Assembly (NCBI GenBank): GCA_022605425.2
Contig: CM061247.1
Location: 62,001-126,000 of the forward strand
DNA from: Hamiltosporidium tvaerminnensis FI-OER-3-3
Taxonomy: Eukaryota > Fungi > Microsporidia
Length of the DNA: 64,000 nucleotides
Direction of reading: 5' to 3'
The notes under the pieces are model-generated. The model saw nothing but the letters and a program-made list of their open reading frames with translations. It was not told the origin of the DNA and did no database searches. Position numbers and translations under genes: made by a program. Every line of letters starts with the position of its first letter. The stretch's first letter is position 1. Below, piece after piece: positions 1 through 13,600 of the stretch.

Positions 1-474
1 AAAACAAATATCAAAATTTAAAATAATAGACGCCGTGTATTTATTTTAAATCAGAAAAAATTTACGATAACGCTCATTGGGGTTTAAATTACTTTCCAAT
101 ATTCACTTAGTTAAACCCGAAAAACTTATAAAGTTTGATTCATTATCTAATTCTAGGCTATTATAAGTTTAGTATAATATTATTTCTAATTAGATAAGTT
201 TGTACAGTATTGTGACAAAATACCAACGTGATCGCCCAAAAGAGTTCATAGGCCCAATAATATTGGGGCATATGGGGATTTGATATTACTTAAAAGACAG
301 TCTAAACGATTTTCTTTGATTGACGAAAAGGGCTTAATTGTGAATCCAATACCGAATAGAGTTGGAAGAGAGTGTAACTTAAAGTTATTAAACGATCCGA
401 GAGTCATGAGAACCAGCACCTCTCTTTTAAAGCAGCCGAATAACGAGAAAGGTGGTCTTACCCAAGAAAAATAA
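1..474 (+). mobile_element. Decayed 3' fragment of a non-LTR retrotransposon with restriction-like endonuclease (R2/R4-type)
   Basis: Frame 1 reads KTNIKI*NNRRRVFILNQKKFTITLIGV*ITFQYSL, a degenerate RPD..ITLIEVGIT endonuclease motif. DNA at ~280-380 aligns with 15990-16090 and 23515-23610. Contains stops and frameshifts. Confidence 0.6.
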
Positions 475-1317
475 AAGCGCCCTAATTTTAGAAGGAGGAA
501 CCACATTAGAGTAACCAAGAAATATATAAATGATGTGTCGTGTTTTTGAAGGTGAAGTGTGGTGTTAAAAAGGCAAATAAAATATAAAAAAAAAGTACGC
601 TTCAACCTAAAACAATATTATTCCGTTTTTATAAACAGGTATAACCAACATATATGACTGATTAAATAGATAGTGAATGTTTAAAGATACAGTAGCGTCC
701 TAAATTCGGAAATTTTAGTAATAATGAAAAACATTATATAGAGTTTATTAATCACTGCTCTATATTATGCATATAATTCCGGATAATCGCTGCCTCTTAA
801 AATTATTTGGTGCCGAAAAATTCAAATAGAAAAAATTATTTATGTTTGAGAATTAAATTTTGTGATAGTGAGGTCTATACTAGGCTTTAATAGACGATAA
901 TTGATGGAGCCAAAGTCATTTAATCTGAATAATAAAATTAGCTAATTTTTTTAAATGTGTTTCTGGTTCTAACCCGCTTTAATTGCTTTTTTGTTTTTAA
1001 TCTGAAAAATCATTTTTTTGCTAGTAAATAAATGAAATTTTCACTTTTTAATTCGACATTTACATTTGTCTACAATTTTCTGAATTTTCTAAATTTTCTA
1101 GATCAATTAAACTATTCGTTCTGGTCTGACTATAATTTTAAGTGATATTATCTCAACTTGTCGTTCTATGTTTGTAAAACAATGTATTGTTAGTCTCTAT
1201 ACAAGCTTCTAGTTTTTGAATAGCGAAAAATATAAATTTCTATCAGGCTAACTAGTTCTTTACTTTATACTTAAGGATTATTTCCGAAATTTAACCTTTA
1301 TGATTGAACTAATGATG

Positions 1318-2010
1318 AAGGAGAGATAAATATAAAAAACTTTATGCTTGTCAATGAGTGTGTGAAACTGTTGCGAAGATATTGTTTGGGTTTTTAAAGG
1401 GAATAAAACGCACCAAATCTTCAAGTGTTACATGGATATTTATATGAGGAGGAGAAGGTCTACGATTGCGAAACCTGCTACAAATTCATTTGTAGTTTTT
1501 TATGTAACTAGATTGCAGACCGCAACAAAACATGTAGGTAATTCTCATGTAAAAGCATAAAAACCTAGCTTTGCTCACTCGGGTTAGAAGACTAAGCGCC
1601 TGGAAAATATAAAAAAAACACTTAAAGCCGAGAAAGCTAAGAAAGAGGTTATACTTGTTGGTATGGCGTTGCGTTGTCTAGGTGGATTCCATGTGAGTCG
1701 CAGAGATATATCTCAGCTTGATGTTTATAGAGTTTAGAAAATGTAGTGTATGTGGAATGCTGCATAGTATCGCAAATTCTTGGGGGTTTCTATCTACGAT
1801 CACACTCCATACAAAGAATATTATCGAACTCTGAGCAACTACCTCGCCTATAAATTAGGTTCTACACGCCTGGTAGATGATATGCTTTTAAGGCGTAGGT
1901 ATCGCAGGGGTTACCGATGGAGTGTTGGGGTAGAAGTTATTTATGTTAAACTCTGAACTGAGTTAATTTCATAAAAACAAATATAACATTTGCCACTATT
2001 TTTAAAAAAT
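1318..2010 (+). repeat. Dispersed ~700-bp non-coding structured repeat family, copy A
   Basis: Shares blocks (catgtaggtaatt..catgtaaaagcat, ctcgggttagaagact, cctggtagatga, ttgccactatttttaaaaa) colinearly with copies at 6958, 18080, 42800, 51428 and 58668 (reverse complement). Confidence 0.9.
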
Positions 2011-2406
2011 ATGGAAATTTTTTAAATAAAACTTCAATTTAATAAATATGCTATTGTTACTCAATATATGGTTGTAATTTTGGACTCTGGGTTCAATTGT
2101 AAAATAAGATTATATTACGATGTGTATTAAAATATGGTTGATAATTGTCTGAATAGAAGAACTTTTTTTCTACAGTCAAATATATTTTGTATTTAGGATA
2201 TAAAATTATCATATTGAATCTTGATTTCATTTTTTCTAAAATAGTTTCCACGGTTCTTTGAATTTTTAATAAATTATTTTTCTTTTTAGTATTTTGATTA
2301 TTAATTGCATTGTTTGGATTTTTAAAATTTTTAAATAAAATAGCATTAAAAATGCATAGAATTTAAAGAAAATATATAAAATTTATAAACACAACGACAT
2401 TTTATT

Positions 2407-3108
2407 TTATTCAATGTAATTTTGTATTTCATCAGAACTTAAGAAGTTAATACTTTTGTCCTTCACAACACAAACCTCAACATTTTCTTTATCCAAAGGA
2501 TCTTTCATTACACCTTTTAAAATTCCCAATCCTTTCTTAATTGCATCATCAGATGATTCAATTGTATTGTAAACAGTCTTGAGTTCTGTTTCCACTGCTT
2601 CATAAGCAGATCCAATTGCTTTTGCTTTGTACCTGTAATATGAACCAGAAGGATCAATAGAATAAAGTTTAGGTTCTGTATCAAACCCAGCAACGAGTAT
2701 AGAAGCTCCGAATGGTCTACTAAATATTTTTTTATACATATCCTTTTCACTAAATTTAAGTGCAAGTTGACAGAGATGTTTTAAAAGTCCCTCTACTGGT
2801 ATATTCTCATTGTATATCTGTGTGTGATTAAGACAACATTCCATACTCTTTGATACAATTGTTTTTGCATCCCCACTAATTCCAGAGAAGGCAAGAGCTA
2901 TATGATCATAAATTTTGTAATGCTTTCGTATTGTTTCAGATATTTGTAATTTAGAAATTACTTTTTTTTCTGAACAAAGAACTACACCATCAGATGTTAC
3001 TAATCCTATGGTGGTTGTTCCTAGATTCATTGCTTGCATAGCGTATTCAATTTGATATATTCTACCTTCTGGACTATAAGAATTAACATCTTGTTTTGAA
3101 TTTGACAT
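2407..3108 (-). CDS. PUP2: 20S proteasome subunit alpha type 5
   Basis: N-terminal SPEGRIYQIEYA alpha-subunit signature and SRPFGASILVAG motif typical of alpha5; CCCCC 8 nt upstream of ATG. Confidence 0.92.
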   Translation of the reverse strand: MSNSKQDVNSYSPEGRIYQIEYAMQAMNLGTTTIGLVTSDGVVLCSEKKVISKLQISETIRKHYKIYDHIALAFSGISGDAKTIVSKSMECCLNHTQIYNENIPVEGLLKHLCQLALKFSEKDMYKKIFSRPFGASILVAGFDTEPKLYSIDPSGSYYRYKAKAIGSAYEAVETELKTVYNTIESSDDAIKKGLGILKGVMKDPLDKENVEVCVVKDKSINFLSSDEIQNYIE

Positions 3109-3116
3109 TTCTTAAA

Positions 3117-3121
3117 GGGGG
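3117..3121 (-). promoter_or_regulatory. Microsporidian CCC-like motif upstream of start codon
   Basis: CCCCC-TTTAAGAA-ATG. Equivalent motifs at 21097-21100(-), 21644-21647(+), 28818-28820(+), 35113-35115(-), 53882-53887(-), 57541-57543(-). Confidence 0.7.
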
Positions 3122-4261
3122 ATGCAAGGAAAGAAAATCTAAGATTTAAAAAAAGTTGAAAAAATGTTTTTTAATTGATTTTTTTATTTTGGATGACTTA
3201 TATTATTTAGAAATAATTTTTTAAGTTTTAAGGAATTATTTGAAATATAAAAGAAGAATTTTAAACGACAAAATTTAATATTTTATTAAATTCGAATGAA
3301 TTTAAGGATTCAAGAAAATATTTTTAATGAATGAAATAACTAAGATGAAATAACTAATTATGAAATAAGAAATTTAAACTTTTATTTAATAAGAGTCTGG
3401 GTAAAAATTTTTTTCCATAATTTTAGCCACTGAGATTTAGAAATTAATTTACTAAAATTCCTCGTTAAAAATTTTTCTCTTTTATATAATCTTTTCTTCC
3501 ATTTTAACCACTTCAGTATCTTTTCTTAAATCGTACAGAAATTTTAAAGATAATTTAAGATTATAAATTTTTAAGAAAATATTTTTTGAATAAAGAAATT
3601 TGGTATTTAATTTTGATATACAAATTATGTAATAAATTTAATTGCGGTTGTAATTACTTCACATTACTCGCTTCAACTTTTATTTGGAAAAATAAAGGAT
3701 GAAGTCTTGTTGTTTTTTAATAATTTTCATATTTTTAAATCGAGAGTTATTTTAATCCATAATTTGCTATTTCTGTGAATATTGTAATTAATATCATAAA
3801 TCTATTTTAAAGAAATTTTTATTACCAGTCAATTGGAAATCTATTTAATCTGTAGAAAATAAAAAGTCGATAGAATCAATTTTAATTTAAGAAGGGAAAT
3901 TGAGTCAAGTTCAAGTCTTGAAAAATAAAAAAAAGGTAAATTATAGTTGACATGAAACTGTATGTATATAAAAACTCATATAAAATATGAGGTACAAAAA
4001 CAAACTCTAAAATTATTCAACTTTAAAATGTAGATTTAAAGATCGAAACAAAGACTCTGACTAAAAAATTTAAAAGCCTTGTAATGCAATAAAACACGAA
4101 AATTATAAATTAAAAAAACAAATCTAAACAAAAATTATTTTTTTTTAATTTTTTTATTTTTAATGACTAATTGAATTAGAAAAAGATAAATTTTTAGGCA
4201 TTTTTTAAAAATAATTAAAATAAGTTTAATTGTTTAGGTTAAAATAACGGAATAAGGTTCT

Positions 4262-5227
4262 TTAGGTAATTCTCTCGTAAAATAGAACATATGGTTTTCC
4301 CTTTTTAAGTGCATCTTCTTTTTCTTTCTGGGTTAAATCCCTTTTTGAATCATCATTAAAATATACAAGAGTATTCCTTTTTAAAACGTATGCAATATAA
4401 TGACCTGATGAAGTGTTAGCTCCTATATGTTTTATAAATCCATTTAATTTATATTGACTACGATGAAAAACAATATTTTCTTCAATAAAGATTTCATTTT
4501 GCAATTTTTTAGCATCATTATTAAAAGTTTTGAAAATGATTGTTAGAATTTGTGGTGAATCAATTATTTCACACCTTTTCTCTGTTGCAAAATTCTTTCC
4601 TTTACAACCTTCACAATCTTTTTCTACAGGTTCCGACGATTTAAAATGTTTATTTAGGGCTTCTTGAACAGATTTAGCGATTGCAACATTAATCGCGTTG
4701 GTTATTTCATTATTTGTTCTACTTGCATAGCTGCACTTCTGGCATTTAAATTTATAGAAAAAACTTAAATAAAATAATTCACGAAGTTTTTTATTTTCTT
4801 TAGCTTCAATAGATTTATGCTCATTAATTTTTGAAGTAATGGCTTCTTCAATCATTTTATTAATTATGTAGATAAATATTTCAGATGCATCATTTTGTTT
4901 ACTTAGCACAAATCCATGATCTTTGTATTCAAATATCGCGTTTTCTAAATAAGAAACTGACTCAATTGAATTTTTTTCTTTACTCATACGACCAATTATT
5001 GCTCTAATATTTGAAGTTACAGGTTTTGATGGATTTTTATCATGATTTATTATAAAATCAAAAAAGCTTTCAATATTATACAGGCATTGAATTAAAGAAT
5101 TGAAATAGCAGATATTTTTCTGATTTTTTAATTTTGGATATATATTTTGGTTCCATGTTGCTTTTTTAGATGATTTTTTTGCAGTAAGTATCAATTCAAT
5201 TGCAATTAATAGAACTTGAAGGCGCAT
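4262..5227 (-). CDS. Ubiquitin-specific protease (peptidase C19) with N-terminal signal-peptide-like segment
   Basis: Cys box LKNQKNICYFNSLIQCL, QNDASE, CxxC..CxxC fingers, His box HIGANTSSGHYIAY..FNDD; hydrophobic N-terminus MRLQVLLIAIELILTA. Confidence 0.9.
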   Translation of the reverse strand: MRLQVLLIAIELILTAKKSSKKATWNQNIYPKLKNQKNICYFNSLIQCLYNIESFFDFIINHDKNPSKPVTSNIRAIIGRMSKEKNSIESVSYLENAIFEYKDHGFVLSKQNDASEIFIYIINKMIEEAITSKINEHKSIEAKENKKLRELFYLSFFYKFKCQKCSYASRTNNEITNAINVAIAKSVQEALNKHFKSSEPVEKDCEGCKGKNFATEKRCEIIDSPQILTIIFKTFNNDAKKLQNEIFIEENIVFHRSQYKLNGFIKHIGANTSSGHYIAYVLKRNTLVYFNDDSKRDLTQKEKEDALKKGKPYVLFYERIT

Positions 5228-6957
5228 CGTATGGATTATTTTTTTTCAATTTATTTATAATTTAAATTAAATTTTTTAAAAAACCTAAAATTATCTATTT
5301 ATGTAAATTTTTGATTTTTTTCTTACATTTAGATGTTTTTTGATTTAATTAAATAAGCTAAATTAAAAAAATATTCTAAAAATAAATATATATTTTTTTA
5401 AATATATCTTAAATTACTATTTTTAGTATATTTCAAATTATTTTTTTTTTGAAAAATTTTTAGGAATAATTGGATAAATGAAAGTATTTGTGTTAGTTTA
5501 TTCAAGTATCAATAAATTTATTTATGCAGCTATTAAAAAATTTAAATACATTTTTATTTAGTTAAAGCATATATTTCTTAATTGCTATAGAATAAAGAAA
5601 TGAGTACAAATAAAAGGATTTTATAATAATGAAATGGTACAAACTAAGCTATAAAGGATAGGAGAAATGTTTTTAAGGAAGTGATATGTAAAAAATAACA
5701 AACTTATTCCAAACATAAACTAATCACTTTATAAACTGAAAACAAACCCCCACCCTGCCTTAATAATGCATAAAATATGATAGGACAAGAGGGGAAATCT
5801 AAATTTGATTCTCGTCTCCTTATCAAATATTGAGTTCTTGATTCGAAGACTTCTTAAAAGAATGAGAATTGTATTACAAATCGCATTATTTAGCACTTAC
5901 ATATGAAAAATGGTTAGGACAGAACAACTACACTAATTTTAAAAAATTTAGAACAGGAAGGTCTAATGAATGTTTTTAGCAAAAGAAGGTCTCCAAATAA
6001 AAAGCAGGGAAAATAATTTTAGCTGTCTATGAAGTACTGAGAACAAAAATTAGACTATAGAAATAAAATAGACGTTATAAAAAAAAGCATTTAAGGAGAG
6101 GATAAACAAATTATACAATAATATAAGAGAGACGTAAAATTTTTACTATTATATCTTAGATTTTTTCTCTTTATGATACCAAATATTTAGTAACCCGATA
6201 AACAATTAACCATGTAAGGCCAGTGATTTTGGAAGAATAGATTAAAAAATGACTCTCAGATTGCAAAAAATTATCTGTGAATTTGTTGATAGTAAATCGC
6301 TATGCTTAATTTTTTGAAGACCAGGTAAATATGTTGAAACCTATTTAATACTGTTTATGACAAACATAAACATATCTTACATGCCATACAAGTATTTTTT
6401 TATTTAAGAAACATGTAAATAGCATTCTTGTTTCGTTTTGAAAAAAATATAAAAAAATTATTTGCAAGTTGAATCTTTTAAAGATCTTCTAGAAAAAGTG
6501 TGGGATTGGAGAAACTTGTTTTTTTGAAACAAAAACCTTAGAAAATTATGCTTGAGTTTAATTTAAAACAAACAATATATATCTGAGTTTTGGTTGGCAT
6601 GATGATGCTATGAATGTTCATTTTTTCTTTAAAAAAAATACTGTATAGAAAATAGGAAGCATCTCAAATGGATATTCCTATGTTTAATTATTCAAGATTT
6701 TTTAGGGTTGTAGGTCATCTGAGTAAGTCAGATTAACCACAACGCTGGTCGTCGGAAAATCGTAAGTTTTTTCTCATGCTGTTAAACAAAAACAGGGAAT
6801 AGATATCTGTGAATTATCTAATATTTTTTTGTTTATATTTTCGAGATCAAGAATACTTCACTTCATAAGTTTATAAATATGTTAATTGAATTTTTAAATA
6901 CAGGTCGCTAAAATTTATGGAAATTATTTATAAATCATTATATATACAACTATCCAG

Positions 6958-7662
6958 TGGAGGGAGAATAACCACATAAAAAACTATCTGCTTGGCAATG
7001 GGTATGCGAGATTGATATAAGATATATTTGTTTGTATTTTTGGTGGAAATAAAACCTCACCAAATTTTCGGGTGTTTTATGGGTGTTTATATGAAGAGTC
7101 GGAGGAGGTCTACAATAGCGAAACTTTTTCTACAAATTTATTTGTAGTTTTTTATGTAACTCGATTACAGACCGCAGCTGAGCATGTAGATGATTTCTAT
7201 GTAAAAGCATGGAAATCTAGCCCTTGCTTACTCGGGTTTGAAGACTTAGCGCCTGGAAAATATAAAACAAAAATCATTTAAACCCGGGAAAGCCAAATAG
7301 TAGGTTACACCAATAGTATCACATTGTATTATCTACGTGGATCTCATGTAAATCTCTGAAATATATCTTATCTAGAAATTGATAAGGTTTGGAAAGTGTT
7401 GAGTACGTGCGAGTGCTGCATAGTCTTGGGAGATTCCTGGGTGTTTCGATCTACGATCACACTTCATGCAACGAACATTATCGAACGCCGGGCAAATACC
7501 TCGCTTATTTATTGGGTTATACACACCTGGTAAATGAAGGCTTTGAGCTGTAGGTATCAAAATGAGTACCGATGGAGTTTTAGGTAGCAGTTATTTATGT
7601 TAAACCTAAAACAGCGTAAATGTACTGAAAACAAATATAAAACTTGCCACTATTTTAAAAAG
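6958..7662 (+). repeat. Dispersed ~700-bp structured repeat family, copy B
   Basis: Colinear similarity to copies A/C/E from ggagaataaccacat to gccactattttaaaaag. Confidence 0.9.
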
Positions 7663-9982
7663 ATGTTGTAGTTTTGAAAAAGGTTTGTTATTGATTTGCA
7701 ACTATTCATAGTTATCTTTACTAATCATGTAAGTCATATTCTCGGAAAAAACATCAGAAGCTAGCTTATTTGACCGCGTTCTTACTTATTTGTGCTCGAA
7801 ATCAACATTGAAGACAAAAATATTAAATTATATGCCTGTCATGTGTCATATCAATTTTTCCGTGAATAAAATGAAATAAGACGCCTTGGACTATACAAGC
7901 AGTATAAAACAAGTCATTTAAATATTTTTTTTACAAGATTCATAGAAACGAAATATTTTCACTGTTGAGTTTGAATAAGTCCATAATTAATATATTTTGC
8001 ACGTTTGAAAATGGGCATCGAAACAGATCTTTCTGATTATATCTTGAAATCAATATAGATAATTTAGAAATGAAAATTTGTTATAGTCATAGGCTTGGAA
8101 AATGTGCAAAGATATAGAAATGAAATAGTTAGGACGTCAGAAAAAATATTTTTGGCTATGTTTTGTGAATTCCTATAATCTCAAGTCAATATGTGATGGG
8201 ACGCTGTAATATAAAAAGATATAAGTCGTTTCAATTCTATGTTATTTTTTTTTTGGATTTTATGGTTGCTTTCCCCTGAGCAGAGGTCGCAAGCTTTTGA
8301 GCACACAGGACAATTGAATTCATAAAAAAACTCGAGGGTAAGAAGTCATTATATTTTATTCTGACTTGCTGAAAAATATTTTATCAATTTTTATTGTTTA
8401 TATTTTTGTTTCAATTTAGACGTTTCTTACAGATGTTCAATGAATTAGTGTACTTTATAAGTTCTTTAGAAAAATATCTAATATGATTGCTTTCATTTCA
8501 CGAGAGTCTTCTAGTGCGCAATTAGATCGGGTTCATGGCTTCAATCTTGATTTTATTTTCGCATTCGGCACTAGTTATCTATATGAGGAACATTATCTAA
8601 AATAAAAAATACAAAATATATTTGCAGATGCAAATTAACTAATAAGTTTGAAGTCATCATTGATAATTTCTAATATTATTTTGGCCTCAAATTTAAACAA
8701 ATTATTAATCATTACTTACAAATTTCAACTACATAAATCGCATTGAATATAAACTATTTTACACATTTTTTGCTATTTCATTTTGACTTTCTATAATAAA
8801 ATAATAAAAAAAAATTGATTTATTTTAAAAAAATAGTAGAACCTAAAATTTTTTTTAGATTACAAACTTATGCCAGAATTTATCTAAAATTGCCTTTTTT
8901 ATTTTATTAACATATTTAAAAAATATCTAATCTACAAAAAAATTCATAGAAGATCGACTTATTATGTATGCGGGTTGAGTTCATAAAGCCCTTGTGATAA
9001 ATAATAATACTTTTTTTAGATTTGGGTTTGACATAGATCTTTTATATATGTTTAGATAATATTGAATAAATCAATACAGAATATATCTTAAACTGCATTA
9101 TATACTCATAAAGATATAGGCAATATTCAGTCTTTGAAATTAAAAGATTCACCTACAACCATTTAATTTTTTGGAATAATAAGAAAGGCATCTTGATGAA
9201 ATACAATAAAAACTGATAAAGGGCATGAGTGTATGCAACTAATAGAGATTAAACACACATACAATCATATTCTCTGTCTAAGTATGATGTAATAAAAAGA
9301 TAATATTGTGTCAATAAAGGACAAAATATTAAAACCTGATTTGTAATAATTTAATTGCTAAAAGAGGCAACATAAAATGTAAATGTGAGGCAAATATAGA
9401 AAAATTTAGCAATAAAACAGTAGACGAGATGTAAAATTCACAGACAAAAATTATAATTAAAAAACATATTTCATTCAATTTTTAAATTGTTTCTCTTTAA
9501 TAATTTGTTTTACTTTTAATTCGTGATATTATATTTTTTCATATATGGTTATTATTGGTTATTCCTATAATATAATATATCTATTTTTTACATATTTCTG
9601 TCTTGAACTAATATATTTTACAACCAGAAAAATTGTGTCAAATATACCCGGATTTCTGTTCTGATGGTACTAAACTTTTTTAATGATAATTTGGCGCTTT
9701 AAAATTTAGACGGTATGAATTCTGATGATAGAATATTCATTCTTGTACAAAGAATTTAATTTTTTTAAATTAAAAATATATTTATATTTCATAAATTTAT
9801 GAAGTTAATCAAATGAAATATTTAATCTCTCAAATTATAATCATTTTAATGTATTTTAAAAAAAAATAATCGATTCAAACATGTATTTCATTTATTTTAA
9901 TGAATAAATAAATTAAATTTGATTTAATTAATTCAAATAATTATGTTAATACGAATTCGCATCCCTACATCAAAATCTTGAA

Positions 9983-12313
9983 ATGTTTAAAACAACTTCA
10001 TCTGATATTAAAATATACTTTAATACAATTTGCAGGGTACGAAATATCTTTTTTTGTTTTTATATGTTTAAATATACGATGGCTAATAAAAAATACATAC
10101 TGCATTTTTACAATGAACTTGAAAATATTTCTGAATTTTTGAATGATTTGAAATTGCATGAGGCTGCACTTTCCAAGTTTATAAATAAAGATTATAAATG
10201 TTATCAACATACAATATGCACTAATTGCTATAAAATTGAGATTTTCTCAGAAAATATATTTCCACTCAGATTTAACTCAAAGGATTCGGATACAGAAATC
10301 AATAATATTTATATAAAAGATAAAATCTTAAATCACAATGAGTTTATTCATTTTAAATATTTTATACGTCAGTTTCCCGCTTTAAAGGAAAATTTAAGCT
10401 TAGTAAAACTGTTGAGATTCATCAGAATATTTGATGTATTTGAATTTGAAAATGATAAAGAATCCAAACTAATAATTGACCAAATGATTGAAATATTATT
10501 ATTGTCGATAGCCTATAATATAAGTTTTAAAGGTGTTTCTAAGGTCAGTGAGGAAGTAGGAATTAATTTTTCTGTTTCTTTTCTCAAACGATTTTTTTTT
10601 AAAATCTTAAAAATATTTCTATTTAATAGAGAATTTTTAAATACTATAAAATTAAAGAATGAAATTGATACAAACATATGTGATGTTAATTTAAAAGGAA
10701 TATTCGATTTAAATGATTTTTTTTGGTTCGATACTGAATTATTTCGAGAGATCAGTAAAAAAGCACGAATTTCTATTGAATTTAAAAATCTTTTAACATA
10801 CTTTTTTCACTATTTTTTAATAAAAAAGGTTGTTTTTTCAGGAATCCATGAATATACCAACGATTATTTATCGGTATGTTTATTATTATTACCATCTATA
10901 AATGAAATATGTCTAGTTTCGTGTTCAGATATTACTTTTCTAAAATTTTTAAATAAGTATGAAGTGTTAAAAAATATAACAACATTAGCAATTATTAATT
11001 CTAGAGTCGATATATGTTCTTCGGATTTTTCAAAGCTAATTATTCTATTTGATACAATAATTTTTTTAAATTCTAATTTTTTTAAATCAATTTCTATAAA
11101 TGAAAATATATTTTCAATTACAGAAATTATAACTAAATTTAATAATGAAATATCTAATAATAATAAAAGAAGCAGTTTTTTTCATTTAAGAAATAATACC
11201 AAATATGAAATAAATACTAAGGATTATAAGTTCTCATATTTATACTCACCTACAAGTTTTAAAAATTTAGATATAAAAGTAAAGAAAGATTCAGTTAGAA
11301 TCTACTATTCCGTTAATATCGAATATGATCTGATAAAATTTTACCTTTTAATTTTAAATTTTGAAGAAATTATATATTTTGATATTTATATAGAAAATAT
11401 TTCTATTAAAAGATTAATTTTTAAAGAATTAAATATCAAGAACAAAATAAAAAATATTTATATTTTTAATTCAAAAATAACAGAAAGTTTTTTGAACGAC
11501 GTGTTATTTTTTCCAAATTGCATTGGTATTTCATTTGAAATGTGTTATTTTGAATTTGATAATCTTGATTTTCAATTTAAAAAAAATCTGAGTATAATAT
11601 ATTTAAAAATTGATAAAAAATGTGAAATAAATTATTTTGAAAAAATACTAGAATTTATAGACGTATTGGATAATTTAGAAAGTTTAAATCTAAATTATAA
11701 TGATATACATCTTCTTTGTATAAATCTATATGGAAATAGTAAATTTTCATGGAAAAAAATCAAAAGATTTGAATTGTATGAAATAAGTAATGATGAAAAT
11801 ATTTTACCTAATTTTTCATTTTTTCCTAATATTCAGGAATTGGTTATTGGTAAAAATTATCAAGATGGTATGATAAGTCATATTTTTTCTTATAAAAATA
11901 TGGAAAATATTCATAATTTAGAGATTAATAGTTATTCCATTGGATTAAAAGATAGAGCTGCTTTAAAAAACTTAAAAAATCTAAAGAATCTACGTCTCGA
12001 GTATTGTGATTTTGAAAATATTGCATTTTCTGATCTATTTGATATAAAAGATGAATATTTTATTGAAAACTTGAAATTATCTGAAATTATATTGGAGAAG
12101 AGAGATATAATATTTATTTCGGAATTAAAGAATCTGAAAAGTTTAAAATTGAATTTTTTATTCTTTAAAAATTTCTCTTATTTAACACTGAAGATGGAAT
12201 GTTTCAAACATCCTACTAAATTGGAATTGGAAATAAATATTTATTGGTCCTTAAAAAATAAATTATGCTATTTTATGGAAGAGTTTGGACCAAAATATTT
12301 GAATCTTAAATAA
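9983..12313 (+). CDS. Leucine-rich-repeat-like hypothetical protein (probably lineage-expanded family)
   Basis: 776-aa ORF with C-terminal LxxLxL repeats (LDNLESLNLNYN, LKNLKNLKNLRLEYC, LKNLKSLKL); CCC 17 nt upstream. True start could be a later ATG. Confidence 0.75.
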   Translation: MFKTTSSDIKIYFNTICRVRNIFFCFYMFKYTMANKKYILHFYNELENISEFLNDLKLHEAALSKFINKDYKCYQHTICTNCYKIEIFSENIFPLRFNSKDSDTEINNIYIKDKILNHNEFIHFKYFIRQFPALKENLSLVKLLRFIRIFDVFEFENDKESKLIIDQMIEILLLSIAYNISFKGVSKVSEEVGINFSVSFLKRFFFKILKIFLFNREFLNTIKLKNEIDTNICDVNLKGIFDLNDFFWFDTELFREISKKARISIEFKNLLTYFFHYFLIKKVVFSGIHEYTNDYLSVCLLLLPSINEICLVSCSDITFLKFLNKYEVLKNITTLAIINSRVDICSSDFSKLIILFDTIIFLNSNFFKSISINENIFSITEIITKFNNEISNNNKRSSFFHLRNNTKYEINTKDYKFSYLYSPTSFKNLDIKVKKDSVRIYYSVNIEYDLIKFYLLILNFEEIIYFDIYIENISIKRLIFKELNIKNKIKNIYIFNSKITESFLNDVLFFPNCIGISFEMCYFEFDNLDFQFKKNLSIIYLKIDKKCEINYFEKILEFIDVLDNLESLNLNYNDIHLLCINLYGNSKFSWKKIKRFELYEISNDENILPNFSFFPNIQELVIGKNYQDGMISHIFSYKNMENIHNLEINSYSIGLKDRAALKNLKNLKNLRLEYCDFENIAFSDLFDIKDEYFIENLKLSEIILEKRDIIFISELKNLKSLKLNFLFFKNFSYLTLKMECFKHPTKLELEINIYWSLKNKLCYFMEEFGPKYLNLK

Positions 12314-12779
12314 ACAATATAATTTCTATTTAATTATGTAAATATATGTGAGTATAAATTAAGGATCTTCTTCAGTCGTAAATTTAACGAATTTTGAGTA
12401 TTTTGAAATTGTTTGATATCAAAATAACTAATTAATTCGAATTTCAGTGCCTCTTACTTTTCATTTCTCAGTGAAACGTTTAAATTTATATATGCTTAAA
12501 TAAGATTCTCGAAGTTTATTTTTTAAGTAATTAAGATTCATTTAAAAAACATTTATCATATCTATTTTTTTTCTGATTATTTGATTTAAAAGTTTAAGTA
12601 TGGCTATATATTTACTTTATTATGGGCAGAAAGAGAAAGGTTAGCAACGGAATTTTAAAAAAAATTATGACTTAAAGAGCTTAGAAAATGATTTAAAAGA
12701 GATAAATATATCTGTTTCGAATGTATTTACGATATCAAAAAAGAAATAATTCAACTAACTTTCTATTTCAAATCTCATG

Positions 12780-13600
12780 GAACAAAAAAAATTGTTGCTA
12801 GACTAGCTTAGACCTATTTTTTGAACCATACACGGTCTTACTCTCTAAATTTATTTGAGTATTGAGCAACCAACATCATTATAAATATTAACGGTGTTAC
12901 CATGCCAAAAACTGGCTACTAGTATTACGTTAAATATTGACTCTTTCTCAGTTAGAGAAGTAATTGATTTGTTCGGAATTCTAGCAGTAAAAAGAATTGG
13001 GGATAATACCAAGAAAGACCTGACTTATACTTAAAGTACTATAATTCGAAATTTAGTTGGAATTTTTCTATCAATTTATTGAAAAAATGGTACATATGAA
13101 GGCAGAAAATTAAAAATAGCGATTTATTTAATATTTTCTTACCACCACGTACTCTGATAAAATATGAATTCGACACTACTCTAATAAAGAACAATTTATG
13201 TAAAATCAAATTACTTTGGAGAAGAAATAGTGGGTCGAATTAGAAAATTTTAATTAAATTGATTAATACCAATATATAAACTTTATACTAGAATTAACAG
13301 GGATGCTTTTAATATTTAACTGGAATAGCAAGGAGGGATTTAGCCTGCATTTTCAGACGACGCAGGCAGGTAATGGAGAGAAAATCTGCAAAATCAAACA
13401 CAGACGCACTTAGAAGAAAAACATAAACAGTAAAATTTCTAAGATATCCCTTTCATAAACCTTCTCTAGAAGCTTGCTGTAAGAAAAAACTCATCTATAC
13501 AAAACATTAGGTTCAAAGGAAGTCATATGTGAATTGATGTTAAAAATCAATAAAATAAATTTTAATTTAAAGCTTCAGAAAAACGATCAATATTAGAATA
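12780..13600 (+). mobile_element. Highly decayed reverse-transcriptase-region remnant of a non-LTR element
   Basis: Ordered degenerate motifs LD*LRP (GDSLSP-like), KELGII (KYLG-like), KLYTRINRDA and CCKKKL-Y (ERLYLPR-like), across stops and frameshifts. Confidence 0.3.

Noticed and set aside
7072-7560. Short ORFs inside repeat copies (7072+, 7372-, 18067-, 51970-, 49551+, 62622+)
   Set aside because: Not conserved between homologous copies; several have non-ATG starts; by-products of higher GC
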